DNA of 64,000 bases, from contig JBCBUK010000003.1 of assembly GCA_039818205.1 (NCBI GenBank), forward strand, positions 320,001 to 384,000, read 5' to 3'. Within the stretch, counting starts at the first letter, position 1. Every line of letters begins with the position of its first letter. A program made the translations under genes and the position numbers. This stretch comes from Verrucomicrobiota bacterium. Its GTDB lineage: Bacteria > Verrucomicrobiota > Verrucomicrobiia > Opitutales > Cerasicoccaceae. Below are positions 10,726 through 20,356 of the stretch, piece by piece. A model generated the notes under the pieces. That model had not been told where the DNA came from. It ran no database searches and saw only the letters and a list, made by a program, of their open reading frames with translations.

Positions 10726-11361
10726 ATGGGACAGAAAGTAAATCCTAAAGGCTTCCGCCTCGCCGTCCGTCGTGACTGGGACAGCCGTTGGTTCGCCGAC
10801 AAGAAGCAATTCCCTGAGTTCATTGCTGAGGACAACAGTATCCGCACCTTCCTGAATGAGCGCCTGCGCTTTGCCTCCGTGCCAAAGATCTACATCGAGC
10901 GCGCCGGCCAGCGTGTCCGCGTCAAGATCTACACCGCTCGTCCAGGTATCGTCATTGGTCGTAAGGGTGCAGAATTGGACAAGCTCAAGGCTGACCTTTC
11001 CAAGCTCGTTAAGCGCGAAGTCCTCCTCGACATCGCGGAAGTCAAGAAGCCAGACCTCGTTGCCCAGCTCGTCGCCGAGAACGTAGCACTGCAACTTGAG
11101 CGTCGTATTTCTTTCCGCCGTGCGATGAAGAAGGCCGTCCAGACCACTATGCAGATGGGTGCTGACGGTATTCGCGTCCAGTGCGCTGGTCGTCTTGGTG
11201 GTGCGGAAATCGCCCGGACCGAACAACAGCGTCAGGGTCGTGTGCCTCTACACACATTGCGCGAAAACATCGACTATGGTTTCGCTGAAGCACGCACCCT
11301 TTATGGGATCATCGGCATCAAGTGCTGGATCTGTAATTCTGACCCGGAAGAAGGCCTGTAA
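10726..11361 (+). CDS. rpsC: 30S ribosomal protein S3
   Basis: MGQKVNPKGFRL, RPGIVIGRKG, GRLGGAEIAR, VPLHTLR. Confidence 0.99.
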   Translation: MGQKVNPKGFRLAVRRDWDSRWFADKKQFPEFIAEDNSIRTFLNERLRFASVPKIYIERAGQRVRVKIYTARPGIVIGRKGAELDKLKADLSKLVKREVLLDIAEVKKPDLVAQLVAENVALQLERRISFRRAMKKAVQTTMQMGADGIRVQCAGRLGGAEIARTEQQRQGRVPLHTLRENIDYGFAEARTLYGIIGIKCWICNSDPEEGL

Positions 11362-11396
11362 GCCCTCGCAACGTTAATCTTTAAAGACTTAGAACA

Positions 11397-11825
11397 ATGG
11401 CAAAACTTCTACCAGCCAAGACCAAGTACCGCAAGGTGCACAAGGGCCGTATCCGTGGACGCGCCAAGGGTTGTGACACGCTCGCATTTGGTGAGTTCGG
11501 CTTGCAAGCTCTGGGCCGTGGTCGCTTGACCGCCGCTCAACTCGAAGCCGCTCGTGTTACCATCAACCGTTACCTTAAGCGCCGCGGTAAAGTTTGGATC
11601 CGTGTTTTCCCTCACAAGCCAGTGACCAAGAAGCCTCAAGAAACCCGTCAGGGTAAAGGTAAGGGGCCCGTTGAGTACTGGTGTGCGATCGTTAAGCCCG
11701 GCACGATGCTCTTCGAAGTATCGGGTTGTGGTGCTCAAGCCGCTCGCGAAGCGATGCGCCGCGCCGATGGCAAGCTGCCTTTCCGTTGCCGCTTTGTTAG
11801 CCGCGAAGAACTCGAACAATACTAA
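11397..11825 (+). CDS. rplP: 50S ribosomal protein L16
   Basis: KVWIRVFPHKPVTKKP.ETRQGKGKG. Confidence 0.99.
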   Translation: MAKLLPAKTKYRKVHKGRIRGRAKGCDTLAFGEFGLQALGRGRLTAAQLEAARVTINRYLKRRGKVWIRVFPHKPVTKKPQETRQGKGKGPVEYWCAIVKPGTMLFEVSGCGAQAAREAMRRADGKLPFRCRFVSREELEQY

Positions 11826-11866
11826 TTAAGAAATCCGCAATTTTGCGCCGATACCTTTAGACCGCG

Positions 11867-12064
11867 ATGAAAGCCAAAGACATCCGTGAACTTTCCCCCG
11901 AGGAACTCAACAAGAAGCTCCGCGACACCCGCGATGAGCTCGTAAATCTCCGTGTGCGTAAGCAGGTCGGCCAAGTGGAAAATCCGTCCCAACTACGCTC
12001 CCTCCGCCGTGACATAGCCCGCATCGAAACGATCCTTAATCAAAAGGAAGCGGCTACTGCCTAA
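11867..12064 (+). CDS. rpmC: 50S ribosomal protein L29
   Basis: MKAKDIREL...LRRDIARIETIL. Confidence 0.98.
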   Translation: MKAKDIRELSPEELNKKLRDTRDELVNLRVRKQVGQVENPSQLRSLRRDIARIETILNQKEAATA

Positions 12065-12115
12065 CGAACGAATGAGCCGGTGCTAGTTGCTGGCGAATCA
12101 AACAATTAAAAAGAA

Positions 12116-12406
12116 ATGTCCGAAACCGAAACACAGAGCAAGGCTCGCAGCAGCGACCGTAAGGACCTGGTTGGTGTTGTCACCAGCCGCACGGGAGACA
12201 AGTCGATCAAGGTAACCTTTTTCTTCAAGACCCCGCACCCTCTTTACAAGAAAGAGATTAAGCGTAAGACCGTAGTTCACGCCCACGACGAAAAGAACGA
12301 GTGCGGTGTTGGCGACAAGGTCGAGATCATGGAAACCCGCCCCTTGAGCAAGCTCAAGCGCTGGCGTGTTGTGAAAATCCTTCATAAGGCACCGATTGTC
12401 GGCTAG
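12116..12406 (+). CDS. rpsQ: 30S ribosomal protein S17
   Basis: HPLYKK...AHDEKN...GDKVEIMETRPLSKLKRW. Confidence 0.99.
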   Translation: MSETETQSKARSSDRKDLVGVVTSRTGDKSIKVTFFFKTPHPLYKKEIKRKTVVHAHDEKNECGVGDKVEIMETRPLSKLKRWRVVKILHKAPIVG

Positions 12407-12454
12407 CGCCGAGCGGAAGCCGCTTTAACCACTTTTTAAAGGGAACCCGTTCCA

Positions 12455-12820
12455 ATGATTCAGCCCGAAAGCAGATTACAAGTTGCCGATAACACCGGCG
12501 CAAAAGAAGTGCTCATGATTCGCCGTCTTGGCCAAGCCAAGGTAACCGCCTCGGTTGGTGACGTCATCGTTTGCACTGTAAAGGAGAGCTCACCCGAAGC
12601 CGCCGTTAAGAAAGGCACCGTCGTTAAGGCGGTAGTCGTTCGCACCAAGGCTCCAATCCGCCGCGCCGACGGCAGCTACCTCCGTTTTGACAAGAACGCC
12701 TGTGTTGTTTTGGACAACAACAGCAACCCACGTGGCACCCGTATCTTCGGACCGGTTGCTCGTGAACTTCGCTCGAAGAAGTTTATGAAGATCATCTCCC
12801 TTGCACCTGAAGTGCTCTAA
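12455..12820 (+). CDS. rplN: 50S ribosomal protein L14
   Basis: [28 protein letters not shown]. Confidence 0.99.
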   Translation: MIQPESRLQVADNTGAKEVLMIRRLGQAKVTASVGDVIVCTVKESSPEAAVKKGTVVKAVVVRTKAPIRRADGSYLRFDKNACVVLDNNSNPRGTRIFGPVARELRSKKFMKIISLAPEVL

Positions 12821-12855
12821 GGACCCGGATAATTTTTCAACGACGTTTAACTATC

Positions 12856-13101
12856 ATGAAATTTAAAATCAAACGTGGAGACGAGGTCGTCGTGATCTCT
12901 GGCGCGCACAAGGGACAACGTGGCAAGGTGCTGCAAGTTCTGCGCGAAAAGGAGCGGGTCATTATCGAAGGTGTCAACATGATCAAGAAGCACCAAAAGG
13001 CCACTCAAGATAACCCAGAAGGAGCCATCGTCGAGCGCGAGGGCACCGTTCACTATTCCAACGTAATGCTCGCTGAGCGTTTCGATAAGAAGAGCGCTTA
13101 A
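12856..13101 (+). CDS. rplX: 50S ribosomal protein L24 (short form)
   Basis: KOW motif [29 protein letters not shown]. Confidence 0.97.
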   Translation: MKFKIKRGDEVVVISGAHKGQRGKVLQVLREKERVIIEGVNMIKKHQKATQDNPEGAIVEREGTVHYSNVMLAERFDKKSA

Positions 13102-13163
13102 TTTTACTAATTTAATCTTAGCCAAGACCTGGGGGTCGGAAATCTCCAGGCCAGAAAAAACCA

Positions 13164-13745
13164 ATGAGCCAAGACACACCATACCTGAAAATGCACTACG
13201 CCGAACAAGTAGTTCCTGAGTTGAAGAAGACTCATGGCTACAAGAACGCGCACCAGGTGCCCAAGATCGCCAAAGTTGTCATCAACTCTGGATTCGACGC
13301 CACCAAGGATAAGAACTGGGCGGGCGAAGTTCATAAGGAGATCTCCTCTATCGCCGGTCAGCAAGCTGTCCTCACTCGCGCAAGCAAGAGTGTTTCGAAC
13401 TTTAAGCTCCGTGAAGGCATGCCAATCGGCGTGAAGGTAACACTCCGCGGTGCTCGTATGTATGACTTTTTGTTCCGCTTGATCGCCGTTTCTCTGCCAA
13501 ACATCCGTGACTTCCGCGGTGTGTCCCGTAAGTTGGACGGGCAGGGCAACTACACGCTCGGTATTACCGACAGCACCATCTTTCCTGAAATCAATGCCGA
13601 TTCCGGAGGTCGTGAAACCATCGGTATGGACATCACTATCGTAACCACGGCAGATTCAGATGACGAGGGACGTGATTTGCTTCAACTCATGGGTATGCCA
13701 TTCCGCAAGGATCCAAAGGCTGGTGAGGAAAACCAAGCCGCATAA
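13164..13745 (+). CDS. rplE: 50S ribosomal protein L5
   Basis: FKLREGMPIGVKVTLRG, IRDFRG, GMDITIVT. Confidence 0.99.
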   Translation: MSQDTPYLKMHYAEQVVPELKKTHGYKNAHQVPKIAKVVINSGFDATKDKNWAGEVHKEISSIAGQQAVLTRASKSVSNFKLREGMPIGVKVTLRGARMYDFLFRLIAVSLPNIRDFRGVSRKLDGQGNYTLGITDSTIFPEINADSGGRETIGMDITIVTTADSDDEGRDLLQLMGMPFRKDPKAGEENQAA

Positions 13746-13769
13746 TCTTAATTCCAATTTTTATTCATT

Positions 13770-14075
13770 ATGGCTAAGAAAAGCGCAATCGCACGTAACA
13801 AAAAGCGTGAACGCATGGTCGAAAAATATGCGGCCAAGCGTGCAGAATTGAAGGCGATCATCGCCAACCCAGAGACACCTGACGAGGAGTTCTTCGCTGC
13901 TCAGCGTAAGTTGACCCTCTTGCCACGCAATTCGGCTCCAACCCGTCTGCGCAACCGTTGCAACGTCACCGGCCGTCCACGTGCGCACATCCGCAAGTAT
14001 GGTCTGTCTCGTTTGACCTTCCGTGAGCTCGCATTGGCTGGCCACATTCCTGGCGTCACCAAGTCTTCCTGGTAG
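13770..14075 (+). CDS. rpsN: 30S ribosomal protein S14 (long, zinc-independent form)
   Basis: [21 protein letters not shown]...GLSR...PGVTKSSW, 101 aa, single Cys. Confidence 0.99.
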   Translation: MAKKSAIARNKKRERMVEKYAAKRAELKAIIANPETPDEEFFAAQRKLTLLPRNSAPTRLRNRCNVTGRPRAHIRKYGLSRLTFRELALAGHIPGVTKSSW

Positions 14076-14127
14076 GACACGCCCCAATCTTTTAATCAAA
14101 AAAATAACAACCAAAACCCTATAAGTC

Positions 14128-14526
14128 ATGGCATCCCACGATACTATAGGAGACTTCCTTACACTGATTCGCAACGCCAGCACTGCTGGTCAAGAAGTGA
14201 CAACCTCCCGCTTTTCCAAGTTGAAGGCTGGGGTTGCTTCGATCCTCAAGGACGAAGGCTACATTCACGGTTTCGCGATTCGTGAGGAAGGACCCGGACA
14301 CAAATTCATCGACATCTCCCTGAAGTATGTTGATGGTCGCGCCGCTATTGTCGGCATCGAACGTTACAGCAAGCCTGGACGTCGCCTATATTCTGGCTAC
14401 GAGGAAATTCCAAAGGTCCTCGGCGGACTTGGCGTCTCCATCCTCACCACCTCTAAAGGCATCCTTAAGGATCGCGATGCGCGCCGTGCGAAAGTCGGCG
14501 GCGAAGTGATCTGCAAGGTTTGGTAA
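14128..14526 (+). CDS. rpsH: 30S ribosomal protein S8
   Basis: DTIGDFLTLIRNA, SKPGRRLY, GGEVICKVW. Confidence 0.99.
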   Translation: MASHDTIGDFLTLIRNASTAGQEVTTSRFSKLKAGVASILKDEGYIHGFAIREEGPGHKFIDISLKYVDGRAAIVGIERYSKPGRRLYSGYEEIPKVLGGLGVSILTTSKGILKDRDARRAKVGGEVICKVW

Positions 14527-14546
14527 GTCGAAAGGAGCGCAACATC

Positions 14547-15086
14547 ATGAGCAGAATTGGTAAAATTCCCGTCGATATCCTCGACAAAGTTAACGTTTCC
14601 GTTAGCGGCCAAACCGTCAGTGTTGATGGCCCAAAGGGTAAACTCAGCAAGACTTTCGACAGCGATGTTAAAGTGTCGGTAGACGATGGCAAAGTTGTCA
14701 TCGAGCCGTCGAATGCATCCCGACAAGCAAAGGCAATGTGGGGCACCACACGCTCGATCATCAATGGAATGATTATCGGCGTCACGTCTCCTTACAAGAA
14801 GCAGCTTGAGATTGAAGGTGTTGGTTTTAAGGCCATCCTCAAGGGTGACATTCTTGATCTGGCTTTGGGTTATTCTCACCCGATCAACTACCCAGTGCCC
14901 GCTGGCGTTACCGTGACCGTTGATAAATCCGGCACGAAGCTGGACGTCGAAGGTCCCGACAAGCAAGCCGTTGGTCAAGTCGCCGCTGATATTTTCAGCT
15001 TCTACCCAGTTGAGCCTTACAAGGGCAAAGGGGTTCGCATCGTTGGCCGTTACGTTCGCCGTAAGGAAGGTAAGAAGACTGGTTAA
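14547..15086 (+). CDS. rplF: 50S ribosomal protein L6
   Basis: MSRIGKIPV, LGYSHP, EPYKGKGVR. Start at ATG 14547 after AAGGAG. Confidence 0.99.
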   Translation: MSRIGKIPVDILDKVNVSVSGQTVSVDGPKGKLSKTFDSDVKVSVDDGKVVIEPSNASRQAKAMWGTTRSIINGMIIGVTSPYKKQLEIEGVGFKAILKGDILDLALGYSHPINYPVPAGVTVTVDKSGTKLDVEGPDKQAVGQVAADIFSFYPVEPYKGKGVRIVGRYVRRKEGKKTG

Positions 15087-15133
15087 TCGTCTTCTCTACG
15101 ATACTCATTAATTTTTAGCTGAGAAACACAGCA

Positions 15134-15499
15134 ATGAAACTTGCAAAAAAACTTGTTCAAAATCGCCAGAAGCGCCGTTGGCGCATTCGCAAAAAGGCGA
15201 CCGGTAGCGCTGAGCGTCCACGTCTTGTCGTTACCTTTACTAACCTCCACATCCACGCCCAGTGCATTGATGACGTCGCCCAAAAGACGATCGCCTCTGC
15301 CTCGTCCATGGGTAAGGATGTGCGTGATCAAAAGCTTAAGGCTAACGTCGAAAGTGCAGCCACCCTTGGTAAGTTGATAGGCGAACGCGCCAAAGCTGCC
15401 GGGGTTGAGAAGGTTGTCTTCGATCGTGCAGGCCGTCGTTACCATGGTTGCGTCAAGGCTTTCGCCGACGCCGCCCGTGAAGCCGGTCTTAACTTCTAA
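15134..15499 (+). CDS. rplR: 50S ribosomal protein L18
   Basis: RPRLVV, VVFDRAG..YHG.VKA.ADAAREAGL. Confidence 0.99.
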   Translation: MKLAKKLVQNRQKRRWRIRKKATGSAERPRLVVTFTNLHIHAQCIDDVAQKTIASASSMGKDVRDQKLKANVESAATLGKLIGERAKAAGVEKVVFDRAGRRYHGCVKAFADAAREAGLNF

Positions 15500-15511
15500 C
15501 GAATTTCGAAA

Positions 15512-16195
<684 letters not shown>

Positions 16196-16248
16196 ATTTA
16201 TTTAACCTTCAACGACGGCTCGCCCCGCGAGCCTGAGAAAGTAAAATC

Positions 16249-16728
16249 ATGAAACTTCACACTTTAAAGAACGTTCCCGGAGCGAAGAGCCGTCGCAAGC
16301 GCGTCGGTATCGGTGAAGGCTCGGGCCGTGGTAAGACTTCGTCGCACGGTCAAAAGGGTCAAAAGTCACGTAGTGGCGGCAGTATCCGTATCGGTTTTGA
16401 GTCGGGTCACATTCCTCTCTACCGTCGTTTGCCACACCGTGGTTTCAACAACTATAAGTTCCGCAACGACTACGCGATCGTCAACTTGAGCGACCTCGAC
16501 CGCGTTGAGGGCGATGTTGTAAACAAGGAAACTTTGGTTGCTGCTGGTCTCGTTCGTGTTCGCGCGAAGAAGGTCAAGATCTTGGCTGATGGCGAAGTCA
16601 CCCGTGCATTGACGGTGACTGTCGACAAGTTCTCCGGATCAGCGGTTAGTAAAATCGAAGCAGCCGGTGGCAAAGCCATCATTGCTGAGGCAACCAATAA
16701 GAAGGGCGAAATCATAGCTGAATCTTAA
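16249..16728 (+). CDS. rplO: 50S ribosomal protein L15
   Basis: GKTSSHGQKGQKSRSG, GFESGHIPLYRRLP, KIEAAGG. Confidence 0.99.
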   Translation: MKLHTLKNVPGAKSRRKRVGIGEGSGRGKTSSHGQKGQKSRSGGSIRIGFESGHIPLYRRLPHRGFNNYKFRNDYAIVNLSDLDRVEGDVVNKETLVAAGLVRVRAKKVKILADGEVTRALTVTVDKFSGSAVSKIEAAGGKAIIAEATNKKGEIIAES

Positions 16729-16735
16729 TTGCAGC

Positions 16736-16873
16736 GAGAAGGCAGAAGAGAGGGGAACATCAGGAACTTATTTCGAGTCACCGTCTGGAGAGCTTTATTT
16801 GATACCAAGTAAAATTTCTTCGTTCGGCTCGAAAAGAAGCTCGACCTGTCCGCCTTCTCTCTTCTGCCTTCTC
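16736..16873. repeat. 17-bp perfect inverted repeat closing a long nested stem-loop in the rplO-secY spacer
   Basis: GAGAAGGCAGAAGAGAG (16736-16752) / CTCTCTTCTGCCTTCTC (16857-16873). Inner pairings CAGG/CCTG and TTTCGAGTC/GGCTCGAAA. Confidence 0.85.
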
Positions 16874-16901
16874 ACTTTTCCTCTTTTAAAATCCCGCCTT
16901 C

Positions 16902-18419
16902 ATGTTAAACGCATTCGTCAATTGTTTCAAAATCCCGGAACTCCGGGCCCGAATACTCTTCACGCTTGGCATGATCTTCATTGCCCGCGTGGGTGCGAAT
17001 ATCCCGCTACCCGGGATTGACCCACGCCCATTGCAAGAGTATTTCGCGACCGCTGCTGACAGCGGTCTCTTTGGGCTCTATAACATGTTCACCGGGGGTG
17101 CTCTTCTCAAGGGTGCGGTCTTCGCGCTCGGCATCATGCCATATATTAGTGCGTCGATTATTTTGCAGTTGATGGGTGCTGTGGTGCCAACCTTGGCCCG
17201 CTTACAACAGGAAGGGGAGACTGGTCGCCAGAAGATCACACAGTATACCCGCTATTTGACCATCGCCATTGCGCTGGTTCAATCGGTTCTGCTGAATCTG
17301 ACTCTGCTGCGCAATCCGGAGAGCTTCTTCCAGGGATTCTCGATTGCTGAGTTTGGATCGATCGTTGTCATAGATCCGACCTGGTTCATGATCACGTCGA
17401 CGATCTACTTGACGGCAGGCACCGTTTTGCTGATGTGGATTGGTGAGCAAATAACCCAGCGCGGTATTGGTAACGGTATTTCACTGCTGATCACCATTGG
17501 TATTTTGGCTGACTTACCGTCGGCCGTGAGCTTTGCGATCGATGGCCTGATGGCGCCGGCTGGTGCAGCTATTCAAATCTCCTCGGCTCAGTTTGCTGCG
17601 ATGATGATCTTCCTCGTCCTCGTGATTGCAGGTATTGTTTCGGTGACTCAAGCAGTGCGCAAAATACCGGTCCAGTATGCGAAGCGAGTTGTTGGGCGAA
17701 AGGTATTCGGTGGTCAAAGCTCGTTCCTTCCGTTGAAGGTTAATTACGCGGGTGTTATGCCGGTTATCTTCGCGAGTGCGATTTTGATGTTCCCGACTTA
17801 TCTGTTGGAAACACTCGCTGGCGCGACTGGCCAGGATTTCTTCCGCGATATTGCGAGCTGGCTCTCACCAGGTCACTGGTTCTATTACGTATTTTATGGA
17901 TCGCTCATTCTTGGATTCTCCTACTTCTGGGTCTCCATCATGTTCAAGCCGATCCAGATTGCCGACGATTTGAAGAAGAATGGTGGTTATATTCCTGGCG
18001 TTCGCCCGGGTGAACCGACTGCCAAGTTCCTCGACTTCGTCATGACCCGCTTGACCCTGGCCGGTGCGATCTTCCTGACCGTCATTGCTATTTTGCCATT
18101 GCTGTTAGCAGATTCGTTGCGCATTCCATGGCAGGTATCACAGTTCTTTGGTGGCACCGGTACGCTGATTGCCGTTGGCGTGACATTGGACACGATGCGT
18201 CAGATCGAGACCTTCCTTTTGAACCGCCACTACGATGGCTTCCTAAAGAAGGGCAAGTCTCGCCACCGGGCCTCCAAGGCATCTCGCACCCGTCAACTTG
18301 TTGATGTTGCCGAGGTGAAGACCTTGAACGTCGGCATGCTCTGGACCACTTGTGGCATCCTGCTGGCGGTCGGACTTGTTTCATGGGTTATCCGTTCTTT
18401 CTTCCTGGGCGCTGGCTAA
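16902..18419 (+). CDS. secY: Preprotein translocase subunit SecY
   Basis: FALGIMPYISASII, GIGNGISLLI, AGVMPVIFAS, IPGVRPG, HYDGF, then a C-terminal extension. Confidence 0.99.
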   Translation: MLNAFVNCFKIPELRARILFTLGMIFIARVGANIPLPGIDPRPLQEYFATAADSGLFGLYNMFTGGALLKGAVFALGIMPYISASIILQLMGAVVPTLARLQQEGETGRQKITQYTRYLTIAIALVQSVLLNLTLLRNPESFFQGFSIAEFGSIVVIDPTWFMITSTIYLTAGTVLLMWIGEQITQRGIGNGISLLITIGILADLPSAVSFAIDGLMAPAGAAIQISSAQFAAMMIFLVLVIAGIVSVTQAVRKIPVQYAKRVVGRKVFGGQSSFLPLKVNYAGVMPVIFASAILMFPTYLLETLAGATGQDFFRDIASWLSPGHWFYYVFYGSLILGFSYFWVSIMFKPIQIADDLKKNGGYIPGVRPGEPTAKFLDFVMTRLTLAGAIFLTVIAILPLLLADSLRIPWQVSQFFGGTGTLIAVGVTLDTMRQIETFLLNRHYDGFLKKGKSRHRASKASRTRQLVDVAEVKTLNVGMLWTTCGILLAVGLVSWVIRSFFLGAG

Positions 18420-18444
18420 GCGTTCTGAAATACTGTTCTTTACC

Positions 18445-19230
18445 ATGTTACGTCGCCGCAGCCACAAGCAGATCCGCCCGGATGAAGAAGTCCAGGCAGT
18501 ACGTGAAGCTTGTGTCGTTGCGGCCACCGTGCTTGATAAGCTCTGCCAGATGGTCGAAGTCGGTGTCACGACTTACGATATCGATCAGGCGGGAAAACGT
18601 TTGTTGGCCTCAATGGATGCCGACAGTGCGTGCTTTAATTATCAAGTCGGTAACCGAATATACCCCGCCTACACGTGCCTTTCGGTCAACGACGAAGTCG
18701 TTCACGGGATTGGTAAGTTGGAAACCGTTTTGAATGACGGCGACAACGTCACGGTTGATGTCTGCGTTCAATACAACGGATTCATCGGCGATAATGCTCG
18801 AACCGTTATTGTCGGGCAGGGTAGTGAGTCCATGGAGCGACTCGTCGAAAAAACTCGGAAGGCACTTGAGCTTGGTATCGCCCAAGCCCGCGCTGGTAAC
18901 CGAGTTGGCGATATCTCCAGTGCGATCCAGCAATACGTTCAGCAGTCTGGCTACAGCGTTGTCCGCGAATTCGTCGGACATGGTGTTGGACGGACGATGC
19001 ACGAGGATCCGCAGATTCCCAATTACGGCCGCCCAAAGTCCGGAGCGAAATTGTTTCCCGGAATGACGCTTGCGATTGAACCAATGGTTCTTGAGGGTGG
19101 GGCAGCGATTTCCATCGATGATGACGGTTGGACGGCACGCACGCGTGACGGTAAACCAGCGGCTCATTTCGAACACACCGTTCTCGTGACCGAGGACGAA
19201 CCAGAAATTTTAACAATTCCGAAAAAATAA
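18445..19230 (+). CDS. map: Methionine aminopeptidase type I
   Basis: SVNDEVVHGI, GDNART, GHGVGRTMHEDP, AIEPM, AHFEHT. Start reassigned to ATG 18445. Confidence 0.97.
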   Translation: MLRRRSHKQIRPDEEVQAVREACVVAATVLDKLCQMVEVGVTTYDIDQAGKRLLASMDADSACFNYQVGNRIYPAYTCLSVNDEVVHGIGKLETVLNDGDNVTVDVCVQYNGFIGDNARTVIVGQGSESMERLVEKTRKALELGIAQARAGNRVGDISSAIQQYVQQSGYSVVREFVGHGVGRTMHEDPQIPNYGRPKSGAKLFPGMTLAIEPMVLEGGAAISIDDDGWTARTRDGKPAAHFEHTVLVTEDEPEILTIPKK

Positions 19231-19303
19231 TCTTTCCAAAGCGTGGAACTTTGCTATTTTCTCCGCTTTTCCCTATTTACACACCCAACTGAATTAAAAC
19301 CAA

Positions 19304-19675
19304 ATGCCACGTTTACTTGGAGTCGACATCCCGAGCGCAAAGAAAATCGAATACGCGCTGCAGTACATCTATGGGGTTGGGCCAACCCGCGCGAAAGCAC
19401 TCTGCGAGCAGACCGGGATTGATCCGAACCGTCGTGCCCACGAGCTTTCTGAAGAAGAACTGAACAAGTTTGCCGTCCAGATCCAAGAAGACGGGTATCC
19501 CGTTGAGGGCGACCTCCGCCGTGAGGTTATTGGTAACTTGAAGCGCCTGCAGGCGGTTCGTTGCTATCGTGGCCTCCGCCACCAGCGTGGCCTTCCAGCG
19601 CGAGGTCAGCGTACCCAAACCAATGCCCGCACCCGCAAGGGTGGTCGCAAGACCGTTGCCGGCAAGAAGAAGTAA
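19304..19675 (+). CDS. rpsM: 30S ribosomal protein S13
   Basis: IYGVG, YRGLRHQRGLPARGQRTQTNARTRKG. Confidence 0.99.
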   Translation: MPRLLGVDIPSAKKIEYALQYIYGVGPTRAKALCEQTGIDPNRRAHELSEEELNKFAVQIQEDGYPVEGDLRREVIGNLKRLQAVRCYRGLRHQRGLPARGQRTQTNARTRKGGRKTVAGKKK

Positions 19676-19693
19676 CCCAATTTTTGATATCCG

Positions 19694-20275
19694 ATGAGCG
19701 AAGAAGAAAAGAATCAAGCGGCTGAAGCTGCTCCTGAGAAGCCAGCTGCGACCGAAACTCCTGTCGCTACTGAAAAACCAGCTGATGCTGAGCAACCGGC
19801 AACCGCTGAAGGCGAAGCTCCTGAGGGTGCCGAGGGCGAGGAAAAGAAGTCTGGCCAGCCAACTGCGAAAGATTTGCTCACCGAAGATCTCGGAATTGGC
19901 AAAATTCGTAAGGCTAAGGGTAGCAAGAACATCCATTCCGGTATTGTTCACATTCTTGCGACCTTCAATAACACCAAAGTAACGTTCACCGACACAAGCG
20001 GAAATGTCATTTCCTGGTCCAGTGCCGGTAAGATGAACTTCCGTGGCTCTCGCAAGTCGACCGCCTACGCTGCTCAGGTTGTTACTCAAGATGCGGGCAA
20101 AGTTGCACTTTCTCACGGATTGAAGGAAGTTACCGTTAAGGTCAAGGGACCTGGAATGGGCCGCGACTCTGCGATCCGTGCGCTGCAAAGTTTGGGTCTG
20201 ATCGTAACTGCGATCACTGACACGACTCCAGTGCCTCACAACGGCTGCCGCCCACCAAAGCGTCGCCGCGTTTAA
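19694..20275 (+). CDS. rpsK: 30S ribosomal protein S11 with acidic N-terminal extension
   Basis: [34 protein letters not shown]. Confidence 0.98.
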   Translation: MSEEEKNQAAEAAPEKPAATETPVATEKPADAEQPATAEGEAPEGAEGEEKKSGQPTAKDLLTEDLGIGKIRKAKGSKNIHSGIVHILATFNNTKVTFTDTSGNVISWSSAGKMNFRGSRKSTAYAAQVVTQDAGKVALSHGLKEVTVKVKGPGMGRDSAIRALQSLGLIVTAITDTTPVPHNGCRPPKRRRV

Positions 20276-20356
20276 TCAATCAATTTTTCTGTCTCCCGGT
20301 GATGGCAATTCGGGAGGCTTCAATATACGAGACTGCCACCTAATTAATCGATAACT

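Noticed and set aside
18352..18444. map overlapping the secY 3' end
   Set aside because: ATG at 18445 gives a normal-length Map without overlap.
19313..20239. 308-aa antisense ORF over rpsM-rpsK
   Set aside because: Shadow ORF.
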